From: Eledone cirrhosa
Lineage: Eukaryota
Assembly: GCA_964016885.1 (NCBI GenBank)
Contig: OZ024740.1
Span: forward strand, 427,738,001-427,802,000
Direction: 5' to 3'
Length of the DNA stretch: 64,000 bases
Every line of letters begins with the position of its first letter. Position 1 is the stretch's first letter. Under the pieces are notes generated by a model, which worked only from the letters and a program-made list of their open reading frames with translations, did no database searches and was not told the origin of the DNA. Both the position numbers and the translations under genes were made by a program. Positions 8,301-23,300 of the stretch are shown in pieces.

Positions 8301-11300
8301 TTATATAAAACTCTACCCTATCTCAGTGTTGTATAGTTATATAAAACTCTACCCTATCTCACTGTACCATAGTTATATAAATCTCTACCCTATCTCACTC
8401 TACCATAGTTATATAAAACTCTACACTATCTCAGTGTACCATAGTTATATAAAACTCTACCCTATCTCAGTGTACCATAGTTATATAAAACTCTACCCTA
8501 TCTCACTGTACCATAGTTGTATAAAACTCTACCCTATCTCAGTGTACCATAGTTATATAAAACTCTACCCTATCTCACTGTACCATAGTTATATAAAACT
8601 CTACCCTATCTCGGTGTACCATAGTTATATAAAACTCTACCCTATCTCAGTGATGTATAGTTATATAAAACTGTACGCTATCACAGTATACCATAGTTAT
8701 ATAAAACTCTACCCTATCTCTGTGTACCATAGTTATATAAAACTCTACCCTATCTCACTCTACCATAGTTATATAAAACTCTACCCTATCTCAGTGTACC
8801 ATAGTTATATAAAACTCTACTCTATCTCACTGTACCATAGTTATATAAAACTCTACCCTATCTCACTGTACCATAGTTATATAAAACTCTACCCTATCTC
8901 AGTGTACCATAGTTATATAAAACTCTACTCTATCTCACTGTACCATAGTTATATAAAACTCTACCCTATCTCACTGTACCATAGTTATATAAAACTCTAC
9001 CCTATCTCACTGTACCATAGTTATGTAAAACTCTACCCTATCTCAGTGTACCATAGTTATATAAAACTCTACCCTATCTCACTGTACCATGGTTATATAA
9101 AAATTTACCCTATCTCAGTGTACCATAGTTATATAAAACTCTACCCTATATCACTCTACCATAGTTATATAAAACTCTACCCTATCTCAGTGTACCATAG
9201 TTATATAAAACTCTACCCTATCTCACTCTACCATAGATATATAAAACTCTACCCTATCTCAGTGCACCATAGTTATAGAAAACTCTACCCTATCTCAGTG
9301 TACCATAGTTATATAAAACTCTACCCTATCTCAGTGTACCATAGTTATATAAAACTCTACCCTATCTCAGTGTTGTATAGTTATATAAAACTCTACCCTA
9401 TCTCAGTGTACCATAGTTATATAAAACTCTACCCTATCTCACTGTTGTATAGTTATATAAAACTCTACCCTATCTCAGTGTACCATAGTTATATAAAACT
9501 CTACCCTATCTCAGTGTTGTATAGTTATATAAAACTCTACCCTATCTCAGTGTACCATAGTTATATAAAACTCTACCCTATCTCAGTGTACCATAGTTAT
9601 ATAAAACTCTACCCTATCTCAGTGTACCATAGTTATATAAAACTCTACCCTATCTCAGAGTACGATAGTTATATAAAACTCTACCCTATCTCAGTGTTGT
9701 ATAGTTATATAAAACACTACCCTATCTCACTGTACCATAGTTATATAAAACTCTACCCTATCTCAGTGTACCATAGTTATATAAAACTCTACCCTATCTC
9801 AGTGTTGTATAGTTATATAAAACTCTACCCTATCTCACTGTACCATAGTTATGTAAAACTCTACCCTATCTCAGTGTACCATAGTTATATAAAACTCTAC
9901 CCTATCTCACTGTACCATAGTTATATAAAACTCTACCCTATCTCAGTGTACCATAGTTATATAAAACTCTACCCTATCTCAGTGTTGTATAGTTATATAA
10001 AACTCTACCCTATCTCAGTGTACCATAGTTATATAAAACTCTACCCTATCTCACTGTTGTATAGTTATATAAAACTCTACCCTATCTCAGTGTACCATAG
10101 TTATGTAAAACTCTACCCTATCTCAGTGTACCATAGTTATATAAAACTCTACCCTATCTCACTGTTGTATAGTTATATAAAACTCTACCCTATCTCAGTG
10201 TACCATAGTTATATAAAACTCTACCCTATCTCAGTGTTGTATAGTTATATAAAACTCTACCCTATCTCACTGTACCATAGTTATGTAAAACTCTACCCTA
10301 TCTCAGTGTACCATAGTTATATAAAACTCTACCCTATCTCACTGTACCATAGTTATATAAAACTCTACCCTATCTCAGTGTACCATAGTTATATAAAACT
10401 CTACCTTATCTCAGTGTTGTATAGTTATATAAAACTCTACCCTATCTCAGTGTACCATAGTTATATAAAACTCTACCCTATCTCACTGTTGTATAGTTAT
10501 ATAAAACTCTACCCTATCTCAGTGTACCATAGTTATATAAAACTCTACCCTATCTCAGTGTTGTATAGTTATATAAAAATTTACCCTATCTCAGTGTACC
10601 ATAGTTATATAAAACTCTACCCTATCTCACTGTACTATAGTTATATAAAACTCTACCCTATCTCACTGTACCATAGTTATATAAAACTCTACTCTATCTC
10701 ACTGTACCATAGTTATATAAAACTCTACCCTATCTCACTGTACCATAGTTATATAAAACTCTACCCTATCTCACTGTACCATAGTTATATAAAACTCTAC
10801 CCTATCTCACTGTACCATAGTTATATAAAACTCTACTCTATCTCACTGTACCATAGTTATATAAAACTCTACCCTATCTCACTGTACCATAGTTATATAA
10901 AACTCTACCCTATCTCACTGTACCATAGTTATATAAAACACTACCCTATCTCACTGTACCATAGTTATATAAAACTCTACCCTATCTCACTGTACCATAG
11001 TTATATAAAACTCTACCCTATCTCAGTGTTGTATAGTTATATAAAACTCTACACTATCTCACTGTACCATAGTTATATAAAACTCTACCCTATCTCACTG
11101 TACCATAGTTATATAAAACTCTACCCTATCTCACTGTACCATAGTTATATAAAACTCTACCCTATCTCAGTGTTGTATAGTTATATAAAACTCTACCCTA
11201 TCTCACTGTACCATAGTTATATAAACTCTACCCTATCTCACTGTACCATAGTTATATACAACTCTACCCTATCTCAGTGTACAATAGTTATATAAAACTC

Positions 11301-14300
11301 TACCCTATCTCAGTGTTGTATAGTTATATAAAACTCTACCCTATCTCACTGTACCATAGTTATATAAAACTCTATCCTATCTCAGTGTACCATAGTTATA
11401 TAAAACTCTACCCTATCTCACTGTACCATAGTTATATAAAACTCTACCCTATCTCAGTGCACCATAGTTATAGAAAACTCTACCCTATCTTAGTGTACCA
11501 TAGTTATATAAAACTCTACCCTATCTCAGTGTTGTATAGTTATATAAAACTCTACCCTATCTCACTGTACCATAGTTATATAAAACTCTACCCTATCTCA
11601 CTGTACCATAGTTGTATACAACTCTACCCTATCTCACTGTACCATAGTTATATAAAACTCTACCCTATCTCACTGTACCATAGTTATATAAAACTCTACA
11701 CTATCTCAGTGTACCATAGTTATATAAAACTCTACCCTATCTCAGTGTACCATAGTTATATAAAACTCTACCCTATCTCACTGTACCATAGTTGTATAAA
11801 ACTCTACCCTATCTCAGTGTACCATAGTTATATAAAACTCTACTCTATCTCACTGTACCATAGTTATATAAAACTCTACCCTATCTCAGTGTACCATAGT
11901 TATATAAAACTCTACCCTATCTCAGTGATGTATAGTTATATAAAACTGTACGCTATCACAGTATACCATAGTTATATAAAACTCTACCCTATCTCTGTGT
12001 ACCATAGTTATATAAAACTCTACCCTATCTCACTCTACCATAGTTATATAAAACTCTACCCTATCTCAGTGTACCATAGTTATATAAAACTCTACTCTAT
12101 CTCACTGTACCATAGTTATATAAAACTCTACCCTATCTCACTGTACCATAGTTATATAAAACTCTACCCTATCTCAGTGTACCATAGTTATATAAAACTC
12201 TACTCCATCTCACTGTACCATAGTTATATAAAACTCTACCCTATCTCACTGTACCATAGTTATATAAAACTCTACCCTATCTCACTGTACCATAGTTATG
12301 TAAAACTCTACCCTATCTCAGTGTACCATAGTTATATAAAACTCTACCCTATCTCACTGTACCATGGTTATATAAAAATTTACCCTATCTCAGTGTACCA
12401 TAGTTATATAAAACTCTACCCTATCTCACTCTACCATAGTTATATAAAACTCTACCCTATCTCAGTGTACCATAGTTATATAAAACTCTACCCTATCTCA
12501 CTCTACCATAGATATATAAAACTCTACCCTATCTCAGTGCACCATAGTTATAGAAAACTCTACCCTATCTCAGTGTACCATAGTTATATAAAACTCTACC
12601 CTATCTCAGTGTACCATAGTTATATAAAACTCTACCCTATCTCAGTGTTGTATAGTTATATAAAACTCTACCCTATCTCAGTGTACCATAGTTATATAAA
12701 ACTCTACCCTATCTCACTGTTGTATAGTTATATAAAACTCTACCCTATCTCAGTGTACCATAGTTATATAAAACTCTACCCTATCTCAGTGTTGTATAGT
12801 TATATAAAACTCTACCCTATCTCAGTGTACCATAGTTATATAAAACTCTACCCTATCTCAGTGTACCATAGTTATATAAAACTCTACCCTATCTCAGTGT
12901 ACCATAGTTATATAAAACTCTACCCTATCTCAGAGTACCATAGTTATATAAAACTCTACCCTATCTCAGTGTTGTATAGTTATATAAAACACTACCCTAT
13001 CTCACTGTACCATAGTTATATAAAACTCTACCCTATCTCAGTGTACCATAGTTATATAAAACTCTACCCTATCTCAGTGTTGTATAGTTATATAAAACTC
13101 TACCCAATCTCACTGTACCATAGTTATGTAAAACTCTACCCTATCTCAGTGTACCATAGTTATATAAAACTCTACCCTATCTCACTGTACCATAGTTATA
13201 TAAAACTCTACCCTATCTCAGTGTACCATAGTTATATAAAACTCTACCCTATCTCAGTGTTGTATAGTTATATAAAACTCTACCCTATCTCAGTGTACCA
13301 TAGTTATATAAAACTCTACCCTATCTCACTGTTGTATAGTTATATAAAACTCTACCCTATCTCAGTGTACCATAGTTATGTAAAACTCTACCCTATCTCA
13401 GTGTACCATAGTTATATAAAACTCTACCCTATCTCACTGTTGTATAGTTATATAAAACTCTACCCTATCTCAGTGTACCATAGTTATATAAAACTCTACC
13501 CTATCTCAGTGTTGTATAGTTATATAAAACTCTACCCTATCTCACTGTACCATAGTTATGTAAAACTCTACCCTATCTCAGTGTACCATAGTTATATAAA
13601 ACTCTACCCTATCTCACTGTACCATAGTTATATAAAACTCTACCCTATCTCAGTGTACCATAGTTATATAAAACTCTACCCTATCTCAGTGTTGTATAGT
13701 TATATAAAACTCTACCCTATCTCAGTGTACCATAGTTATATAAAACTCTACCCTATCTCACTGTTGTATAGTTATATAAAACTCTACCCTATCTCAGTGT
13801 ACCATAGTTATATAAAACTCTACCCTATCTCAGTGTTGTATAGTTATATAAAAATTTACCCTATCTCAGTGTACCATAGTTATATAAAACTCTACCCTAT
13901 CTCACTGTACTATAGTTATATAAAACTCTACCCTATCTCACTGTACCATAGTTATATAAAACTCTACTCTATCTCACTGTACCATAGTTATATAAAACTC
14001 TACCCTATCTCACTGTACCATAGTTATATAAAACTCTACCCTATCTCACTGTACCATAGTTATATAAAACTCTACCCTATCTCACTGTACCATAGTTATA
14101 TAAAACTCTACTCTATCTCACTGTACCATAGTTATATAAAACTCTACCCTATCTCACTGTACCATAGTTATATAAAACTCTACCCTATCTCACTGTACCA
14201 TAGTTATATAAAACACTACCCTATCTCACAGTACCATAGTTATATAAAACTCTACCCTATCTCACTGTACCATAGTTATATAAATCTCTACCCTATCTCA

Positions 14301-17300
14301 CTGTACCATAGTTATATAAAACTCTACACTATCTCAGTGTACCATAGTTATATAAAACTCTACCCTATCTCTGTGTACCATAGTTATATAAAACTCTACC
14401 CTATCTCACTGTACCATAGTTGTATAAAACTCTACCCTATCTCACTGTACCATAGTTATATAAAACTCTACCCTATCTCACTGTACCATAGTTGTATACA
14501 ACTCTACCCTATCTCACTGTACCATAGTTATATAAAACTCTACCCTATCTCACTGTACCATAGTTATATAAATCTCTACCCTATCTCACTCTACCATAGT
14601 TATATAAAACTCTACACTATCTCAGTGTACCATAGTTATATAAAACTCTACCCTATCTCAGTGTACCATAGTTATATAAAACTCTACCCTATCTCACTGT
14701 ACCATAGTTGTATAAAACTCTACCCTATCTCAGTGTACCATAGTTATATAAAACTCTACCCTATCTCACTGTACCATAGTTATATAAAACTCTACCCTAT
14801 CTCGGTGTACCATAGTTATATAAAACTCTACCCTATCTCAGTGATGTATAGTTATATAAAACTGTACGCTATCACAGTATACCATAGTTATATAAAACTC
14901 TACCCTATCTCTGTGTACCATAGTTATATAAAACTCTACCCTATCTCACTCTACCATAGTTATATAAAACTCTACCCTATCTCAGTGTACCATAGTTATA
15001 TAAAACTCTACTCTATCTCACTGTACCATAGTTATATAAAACTCTACCCTATCTCACTGTACCATAGTTATATAAAACTCTACCCTATCTCAGTGTACCA
15101 TAGTTATATAAAACTCTACTCTATCTCACTGTACCATAGTTATATAAAACTCTACCCTATCTCACTGTACCATAGTTATATAAAACTCTACCCTATCTCA
15201 CTGTACCATAGTTATGTAAAACTCTACCCTATCTCAGTGTACCATAGTTATATAAAACTCTACCCTATCTCACTGTACCATGGTTATATAAAAATTTACC
15301 CTATCTCAGTGTACCATAGTTATATAAAACTCTACCCTATATCACTCTACCATAGTTATATAAAACTCTACCCTATCTCAGTGTACCATAGTTATATAAA
15401 ACTCTACCCTATCTCACTCTACCATAGATATATAAAACTCTACCCTATCTCAGTGCACCATAGTTATAGAAAACTCTACCCTATCTCAGTGTACCATAGT
15501 TATATAAAACTCTACCCTATCTCAGTGTACCATAGTTATATAAAACTCTACCCTATCTCAGTGTTGTATAGTTATATAAAACTCTACCCTATCTCAGTGT
15601 ACCATAGTTATATAAAACTCTACCCTATCTCACTGTTGTATAGTTATATAAAACTCTACCCTATCTCAGTGTACCATAGTTATATAAAACTCTACCCTAT
15701 CTCAGTGTTGTATAGTTATTTAAAACTCTACCCTATCTCAGTGTACCATAGTTATATAAAACTCTACCCTATCTCAGTGTACCATAGTTATATAAAACTC
15801 TACCCTATCTCAGTGTACCATAGTTATATAAAACTCTACCCTATCTCAGAGTACCATAGTTATATAAAACTCTACCCTATCTCAGTGTTGTATAGTTATA
15901 TAAAACACTACCCTATCTCACTGTACCATAGTTATATAAAACTCTACCCTATCTCAGTGTACCATAGTTATATAAAACTCTACCCTATCTCAGTGTTGTA
16001 TAGTTATATAAAACTCTACCCTATCTCACTGTACCATAGTTATGTAAAGCTCTACCCTATCTCAGTGTACCATAGTTATATAAAACTCTACCCTATCTCA
16101 CTGTACCATAGTTATATAAAACTCTACCCTATCTCAGTGTACCATAGTTATATAAAACTCTACCCTATCTCAGTGTTGTATAGTTATATAAAACTCTACC
16201 CTATCTCAGTGTACCATAGTTATATAAAACTCTACCCTATCTCACTGTTGTATAGTTATATAAAACTCTACCCTATCTCAGTGTACCATAGTTATGTAAA
16301 ACTCTACCCTATCTCAGTGTACCATAGTTATATAAAACTCTACCCTATCTCACTGTTGTATAGTTATATAAAACTCTACCCTATCTCAGTGTACCATAGT
16401 TATATAAAACTCTACCCTATCTCAGTGTTGTATAGTTATATAAAACTCTACCCTATCTCACTGTACCATAGTTATGTAAAACTCTACCCTATCTCAGTGT
16501 ACCATAGTTATATAAAACTCTACCCTATCTCACTGTACCATAGTTATATAAAACTCTACCCTATCTCAGTGTACCATAGTTATATAAAACTCTACCTTAT
16601 CTCAGTGTTGTATAGTTATATAAAACTCTACCCTATCTCAGTGTACCATAGTTATATAAAACTCTACCCTATCTCACTGTTGTATAGTTATATAAAACTC
16701 TACCCTATCTCAGTGTACCATAGTTATATAAAACTCTACCCTATCTCAGTGTTGTATAGTTATATAAAAATTTACCCTATCTCAGTGTACCATAGTTATA
16801 TAAAACTCTACCCTATCTCACTGTACTATAGTTATATAAAACTCTACCCTATCTCACTGTACCATAGTTATATAAAACTCTACTCTATCTCACTGTACCA
16901 TAGTTATATAAAACTCTACCCTATCTCACTGTACCATAGTTATATAAAACTCTACCCTATCTCACTGTACCATAGTTATATAAAACTCTACCCTATCTCA
17001 CTGTACCATAGTTATATAAAACTCTACTCTATCTCACTGTACCATAGTTATATAAAACTCTACCCTATCTCACTGTACCATAGTTATATAAAACTCTACC
17101 CTATCTCACTGTACCATAGTTATATAAAACACTACCCTATCTCACTGTACCATAGTTATATAAAACTCTACCCTATCTCACTGTACCATAGTTATATAAA
17201 ACTCTACCCTATCTCAGTGTTGTATAGTTATATAAAACTCTACACTATCTCACTGTACCATAGTTATATAAAACTCTACCCTATCTCACTGTACCATAGT

Positions 17301-20300
17301 TATATAAAACTCTACCCTATCTCACTGTACCATAGTTATATAAAACTCTACCCTATCTCAGTGTTGTATAGTTATATAAAACTCTACCCTATCTCACTGT
17401 ACCATAGTTATATAAACTCTACCCTATCTCACTGTACCATAGTTATATACAACTCTACCCTATCTCAGTGTACAATAGTTATATAAAACTCTACCCTATC
17501 TCAGTGTTGTATAGTTATATAAAACTCTACCCTATCTCACTGTACCATAGTTATATAAAACTCTATCCTATCTCAGTGTACCATAGTTATATAAAACTCT
17601 ACCCTATCTCACTGTACCATAGTTATATAAAACTCTACCCTATCTCAGTGCACCATAGTTATAGAAAACTCTACCCTATCTTAGTGTACCATAGTTATAT
17701 AAAACTCTACCCTATCTCAGTGTTGTATAGTTATATAAAACTCTACCCTATCTCACTGTACCATAGTTATATAAAACTCTACCCTATCTCACTGTACCAT
17801 AGTTGTATACAACTCTACCCTATCTCACTGTACCATAGTTATATAAAACTCTACCCTATCTCACTGTACCATAGTTATATAAAACTCTACACTATCTCAG
17901 TGTACCATAGTTATATAAAACTCTACCCTATCTCAGTGTACCATAGTTATATAAAACTCTACCCTATCTCACTGTACCATAGTTGTATAAAACTCTACCC
18001 TATCTCAGTGTACCATAGTTATATAAAACTCTACCCTATCTCACTGTACCATAGTTATATAAAACTCTACCCTATCTCAGTGTACCATAGTTATATAAAA
18101 CTCTACCCTATCTCAGTGATGTATAGTTATATAAAACTGTACGCTATCACAGTATACCATAGTTATATAAAACTCTACCCTATCTCTGTGTACCATAGTT
18201 ATATAAAACTCTACCCTATCTCACTCTACCATAGTTATATAAAACTCTACCCTATCTCAGTGTACCATAGTTATATAAAACTCTACTCTATCTCACTGTA
18301 CCATAGTTATATAAAACTCTACCCTATCTCACTGTACCATAGTTATATAAAACTCTACCCTATCTCAGTGTACCATAGTTATATAAAACTCTACTCCATC
18401 TCACTGTACCATAGTTATATAAAACTCTACCCTATCTCACTGTACCATAGTTATATAAAACTCTACCCTATCTCACTGTACCATAGTTATGTAAAACTCT
18501 ACCCTATCTCAGTGTACCATAGTTATATAAAACTCTACCCTATCTCACTGTACCATGGTTATATAAAAATTTACCCTATCTCAGTGTACCATAGTTATAT
18601 AAAACTCTACCCTATCTCACTCTACCATAGTTATATAAAACTCTACCCTATCTCAGTGTACCATAGTTATATAAAACTCTACCCTATCTCACTCTACCAT
18701 AGATATATAAAACTCTACCCTATCTCAGTGCACCATAGTTATAGAAAACTCTACCCTATCTCAGTGTACCATAGTTATATAAAACTCTACCCTATCTCAG
18801 TGTACCATAGTTATATAAAACTCTACCCTATCTCAGTGTTGTATAGTTATATAAAACTCTACCCTATCTCAGTGTACCATAGTTATATAAAACTCTACCC
18901 TATCTCACTGTTGTATAGTTATATAAAACTCTACCCTATCTCAGTGTACCATAGTTATATAAAACTCTACCCTATCTCAGTGTTGTATAGTTATATAAAA
19001 CTCTACCCTATCTCAGTGTACCATAGTTATATAAAACTCTACCCTATCTCAGTGTACCATAGTTATATAAAACTCTACCCTATCTCAGTGTACCATAGTT
19101 ATATAAAACTCTACCCTATCTCAGAGTACCATAGTTATATAAAACTCTACCCTATCTCAGTGTTGTATAGTTATATAAAACACTACCCTATCTCACTGTA
19201 CCATAGTTATATAAAACTCTACTCTATCTCAGTGTACCATAGTTATATAAAACTCTACCCTATCTCAGTGTTGTATAGTTATATAAAACTCTACCCAATC
19301 TCACTGTACCATAGTTATGTAAAACTCTACCCTATCTCAGTGTACCATAGTTATATAAAACTCTACCCTATCTCACTGTACCATAGTTATATAAAACTCT
19401 ACCCTATCTCAGTGTACCATAGTTATATAAAACTCTACCCTATCTCAGTGTTGTATAGTTATATAAAACTCTACCCTATCTCAGTGTACCATAGTTATAT
19501 AAAACTCTACCCTATCTCACTGTTGTATAGTTATATAAAACTCTACCCTATCTCAGTGTACCATAGTTATGTAAAACTCTACCCTATCTCAGTGTACCAT
19601 AGTTATATAAAACTCTACCCTATCTCACTGTTGTATAGTTATATAAAACTCTACCCTATCTCAGTGTACCATAGTTATATAAAACTCTACCCTATCTCAG
19701 TGTTGTATAGTTATATAAAACTCTACCCTATCTCACTGTACCATAGTTATGTAAAACTCTACCCTATCTCAGTGTACCATAGTTATATAAAACTCTACCC
19801 TATCTCACTGTACCATAGTTATATAAAACTCTACCCTATCTCAGTGTACCATAGTTATATAAAACTCTACCCTATCTCAGTGTTGTATAGTTATATAAAA
19901 CTCTACCCTATCTCAGTGTACCATAGTTATATAAAACTCTACCCTATCTCACTGTTGTATAGTTATATAAAACACTACCCTATCTCAGTGTACCATAGTT
20001 ATATAAAACTCTACCCTATCTCAGTGTTGTATAGTTATATAAAAATTTACCCTATCTCAGTGTACCATAGTTATATAAAACTCTACCCTATCTCACTGTA
20101 CTATAGTTATATAAAACTCTACCCTATCTCACTGTACCATAGTTATATAAAACTCTACTCTATCTCACTGTACCATAGTTATATAAAACTCTACCCTATC
20201 TCACTGTACCATAGTTATATAAAACTCTACCCTATCTCACTGTACCATAGTTATATAAAACTCTACCCTATCTCACTGTACCATAGTTATATAAAACTCT

Positions 20301-23300
20301 ACTCTATCTCACTGTACCATAGTTATATAAAACTCTACCCTATCTCACTGTACCATAGTTATATAAAACTCTACCCTATCTCACTGTACCATAGTTATAT
20401 AAAACACTACCCTATCTCACTGTACCATAGTTATATAAAACTCTACCCTATCTCACTGTACCATAGTTATGTAAAACTCTACCCTATCTCAGTGTACCAT
20501 AGTTATATAAAACTCTACCCTATCTCACTGTACCATGGTTATATAAAAATTTACCCTATCTCAGTGTACCATAGTTATATAAAACTCTACCCTATCTCAC
20601 TCTACCATAGTTATATAAAACTCTACCCTATCTCAGTGTACCATAGTTATATAAAACTCTACCCTATCTCACTCTACCATAGATATATAAAACTCTACCC
20701 TATCTCAGTGCACCATAGTTATAGAAAACTCTACCCTATCTCAGTGTACCATAGTTATATAAAACTCTACCCTATCTCAGTGTACCATAGTTATATAAAA
20801 CTCTACCCTATCTCAGTGTTGTATAGTTATATAAAACTCTACCCTATCTCAGTGTACCATAGTTATATAAAACTCTACCCTATCTCACTGTTGTATAGTT
20901 ATATAAAACTCTACCCTATCTCAGTGTACCATAGTTATATAAAACTCTACCCTATCTCAGTGTTGTATAGTTATATAAAACTCTACCCTATCTCAGTGTA
21001 CCATAGTTATATAAAACTCTACCCTATCTCAGTGTACCATAGTTATATAAAACTCTACCCTATCTCAGTGTACCATAGTTATATAAAACTCTACCCTATC
21101 TCAGAGTACCATAGTTATATAAAACTCTACCCTATCTCAGTGTTGTATAGTTATATAAAACACTACCCTATCTCACTGTACCATAGTTATATAAAACTCT
21201 ACCCTATCTCAGTGTACCATAGTTATATAAAACTCTACCCTATCTCAGTGTTGTATAGTTATATAAAACTCTACCCAATCTCACTGTACCATAGTTATGT
21301 AAAACTCTACCCTATCTCAGTGTACCATAGTTATATAAAACTCTACCCTATCTCACTGTACCATAGTTATATAAAACTCTACCCTATCTCAGTGTACCAT
21401 AGTTATATAAAACTCTACCCTATCTCAGTGTTGTATAGTTATATAAAACTCTACCCTATCTCAGTGTACCATAGTTATATAAAACTCTACCCTATCTCAC
21501 TGTTGTATAGTTATATAAAACTCTACCCTATCTCAGTGTACCATAGTTATGTAAAACTCTACCCTATCTCAGTGTACCATAGTTATATAAAACTCTACCC
21601 TATCTCACTGTTGTATAGTTATATAAAACTCTACCCTATCTCAGTGTACCATAGTTATATAAAACTCTACCCTATCTCAGTGTTGTATAGTTATATAAAA
21701 CTCTACCCTATCTCACTGTACCATAGTTATGTAAAACTCTACCCTATCTCAGTGTACCATAGTTATATAAAACTCTACCCTATCTCACTGTACCATAGTT
21801 ATATAAAACTCTACCCTATCTCAGTGTACCATAGTTATATAAAACTCTACCCTATCTCAGTGTTGTATAGTTATATAAAACTCTACCCTATCTCAGTGTA
21901 CCATAGTTATATAAAACTCTACCCTATCTCACTGTTGTATAGTTATATAAAACTCTACCCTATCTCAGTGTACCATAGTTATATAAAACTCTACCCTATC
22001 TCAGTGTTGTATAGTTATATAAAAATTTACCCTATCTCAGTGTACCATAGTTATATAAAACTCTACCCTATCTCACTGTACTATAGTTATATAAAACTCT
22101 ACCCTATCTCACTGTACCATAGTTATATAAAACTCTACTCTATCTCACTGTACCATAGTTATATAAAACTCTACCCTATCTCACTGTACCATAGTTATAT
22201 AAAACTCTACCCTATCTCACTGTACCATAGTTATATAAAACTCTACCCTATCTCACTGTACCATAGTTATATAAAACTCTACTCTATCTCACTGTACCAT
22301 AGTTATATAAAACTCTACCCTATCTCACTGTACCATAGTTATATAAAACTCTACCCTATCTCACTGTACCATAGTTATATAAAACACTACCCTATCTCAC
22401 TGTACCATAGTTATATAAAACTCTACCCTATCTCACTGTACCATAGTTATATAAAACTCTACCCTATCTCAGTGTTGTATAGTTATATAAAACTCTACAC
22501 TATCTCACTGTACCATAGTTATATAAAACTCTACCCTATCTCACTGTACCATAGTTATATAAAACTCTACCCTATCTCACTGTACCATAGTTATATAAAA
22601 CTCTACCCTATCTCAGTGTTGTATAGTTATATAAAACTCTACCCTATCTCACTGTACCATAGTTATATAAACTCTACCCTATCTCACTGTACCATAGTTA
22701 TATACAACTCTACCCTATCTCAGTGTACAATAGTTATATAAAACTCTACCCTATCTCAGTGTTGTATAGTTATATAAAACTCTACCCTATCTCACTGTAC
22801 CATAGTTATATAAAACTCTATCCTATCTCAGTGTACCATAGTTATATAAAACTCTACCCTATCTCACTGTACCATAGTTATATAAAACTCTACCCTATCT
22901 CAGTGCACCATAGTTATAGAAAACTCTACCCTATCTTAGTGTACCATAGTTATATAAAACTCTACCCTATCTCAGTGTACCATAGTTATATAAAACTCTA
23001 CCCTATCTCAGTGTTGTATAGTTATATAAAACTCTACCCTATCTCAGTGTACCATAGTTATATAAAACTCTACCCTATCTCACTGTTGTATAGTTATATA
23101 AAACTCTACCCTATCTCAGTGTACCATAGTTATATAAAACTCTACCCTATCTCAGTGTTGTATAGTTATATAAAACTCTACCCTATCTCAGTGTACCATA
23201 GTTATATAAAACTCTACCCTATCTCAGTGTACCATAGTTATATAAAACTCTACCCTATCTCAGTGTACCATAGTTATATAAAACTCTACCCTATCTCAGA

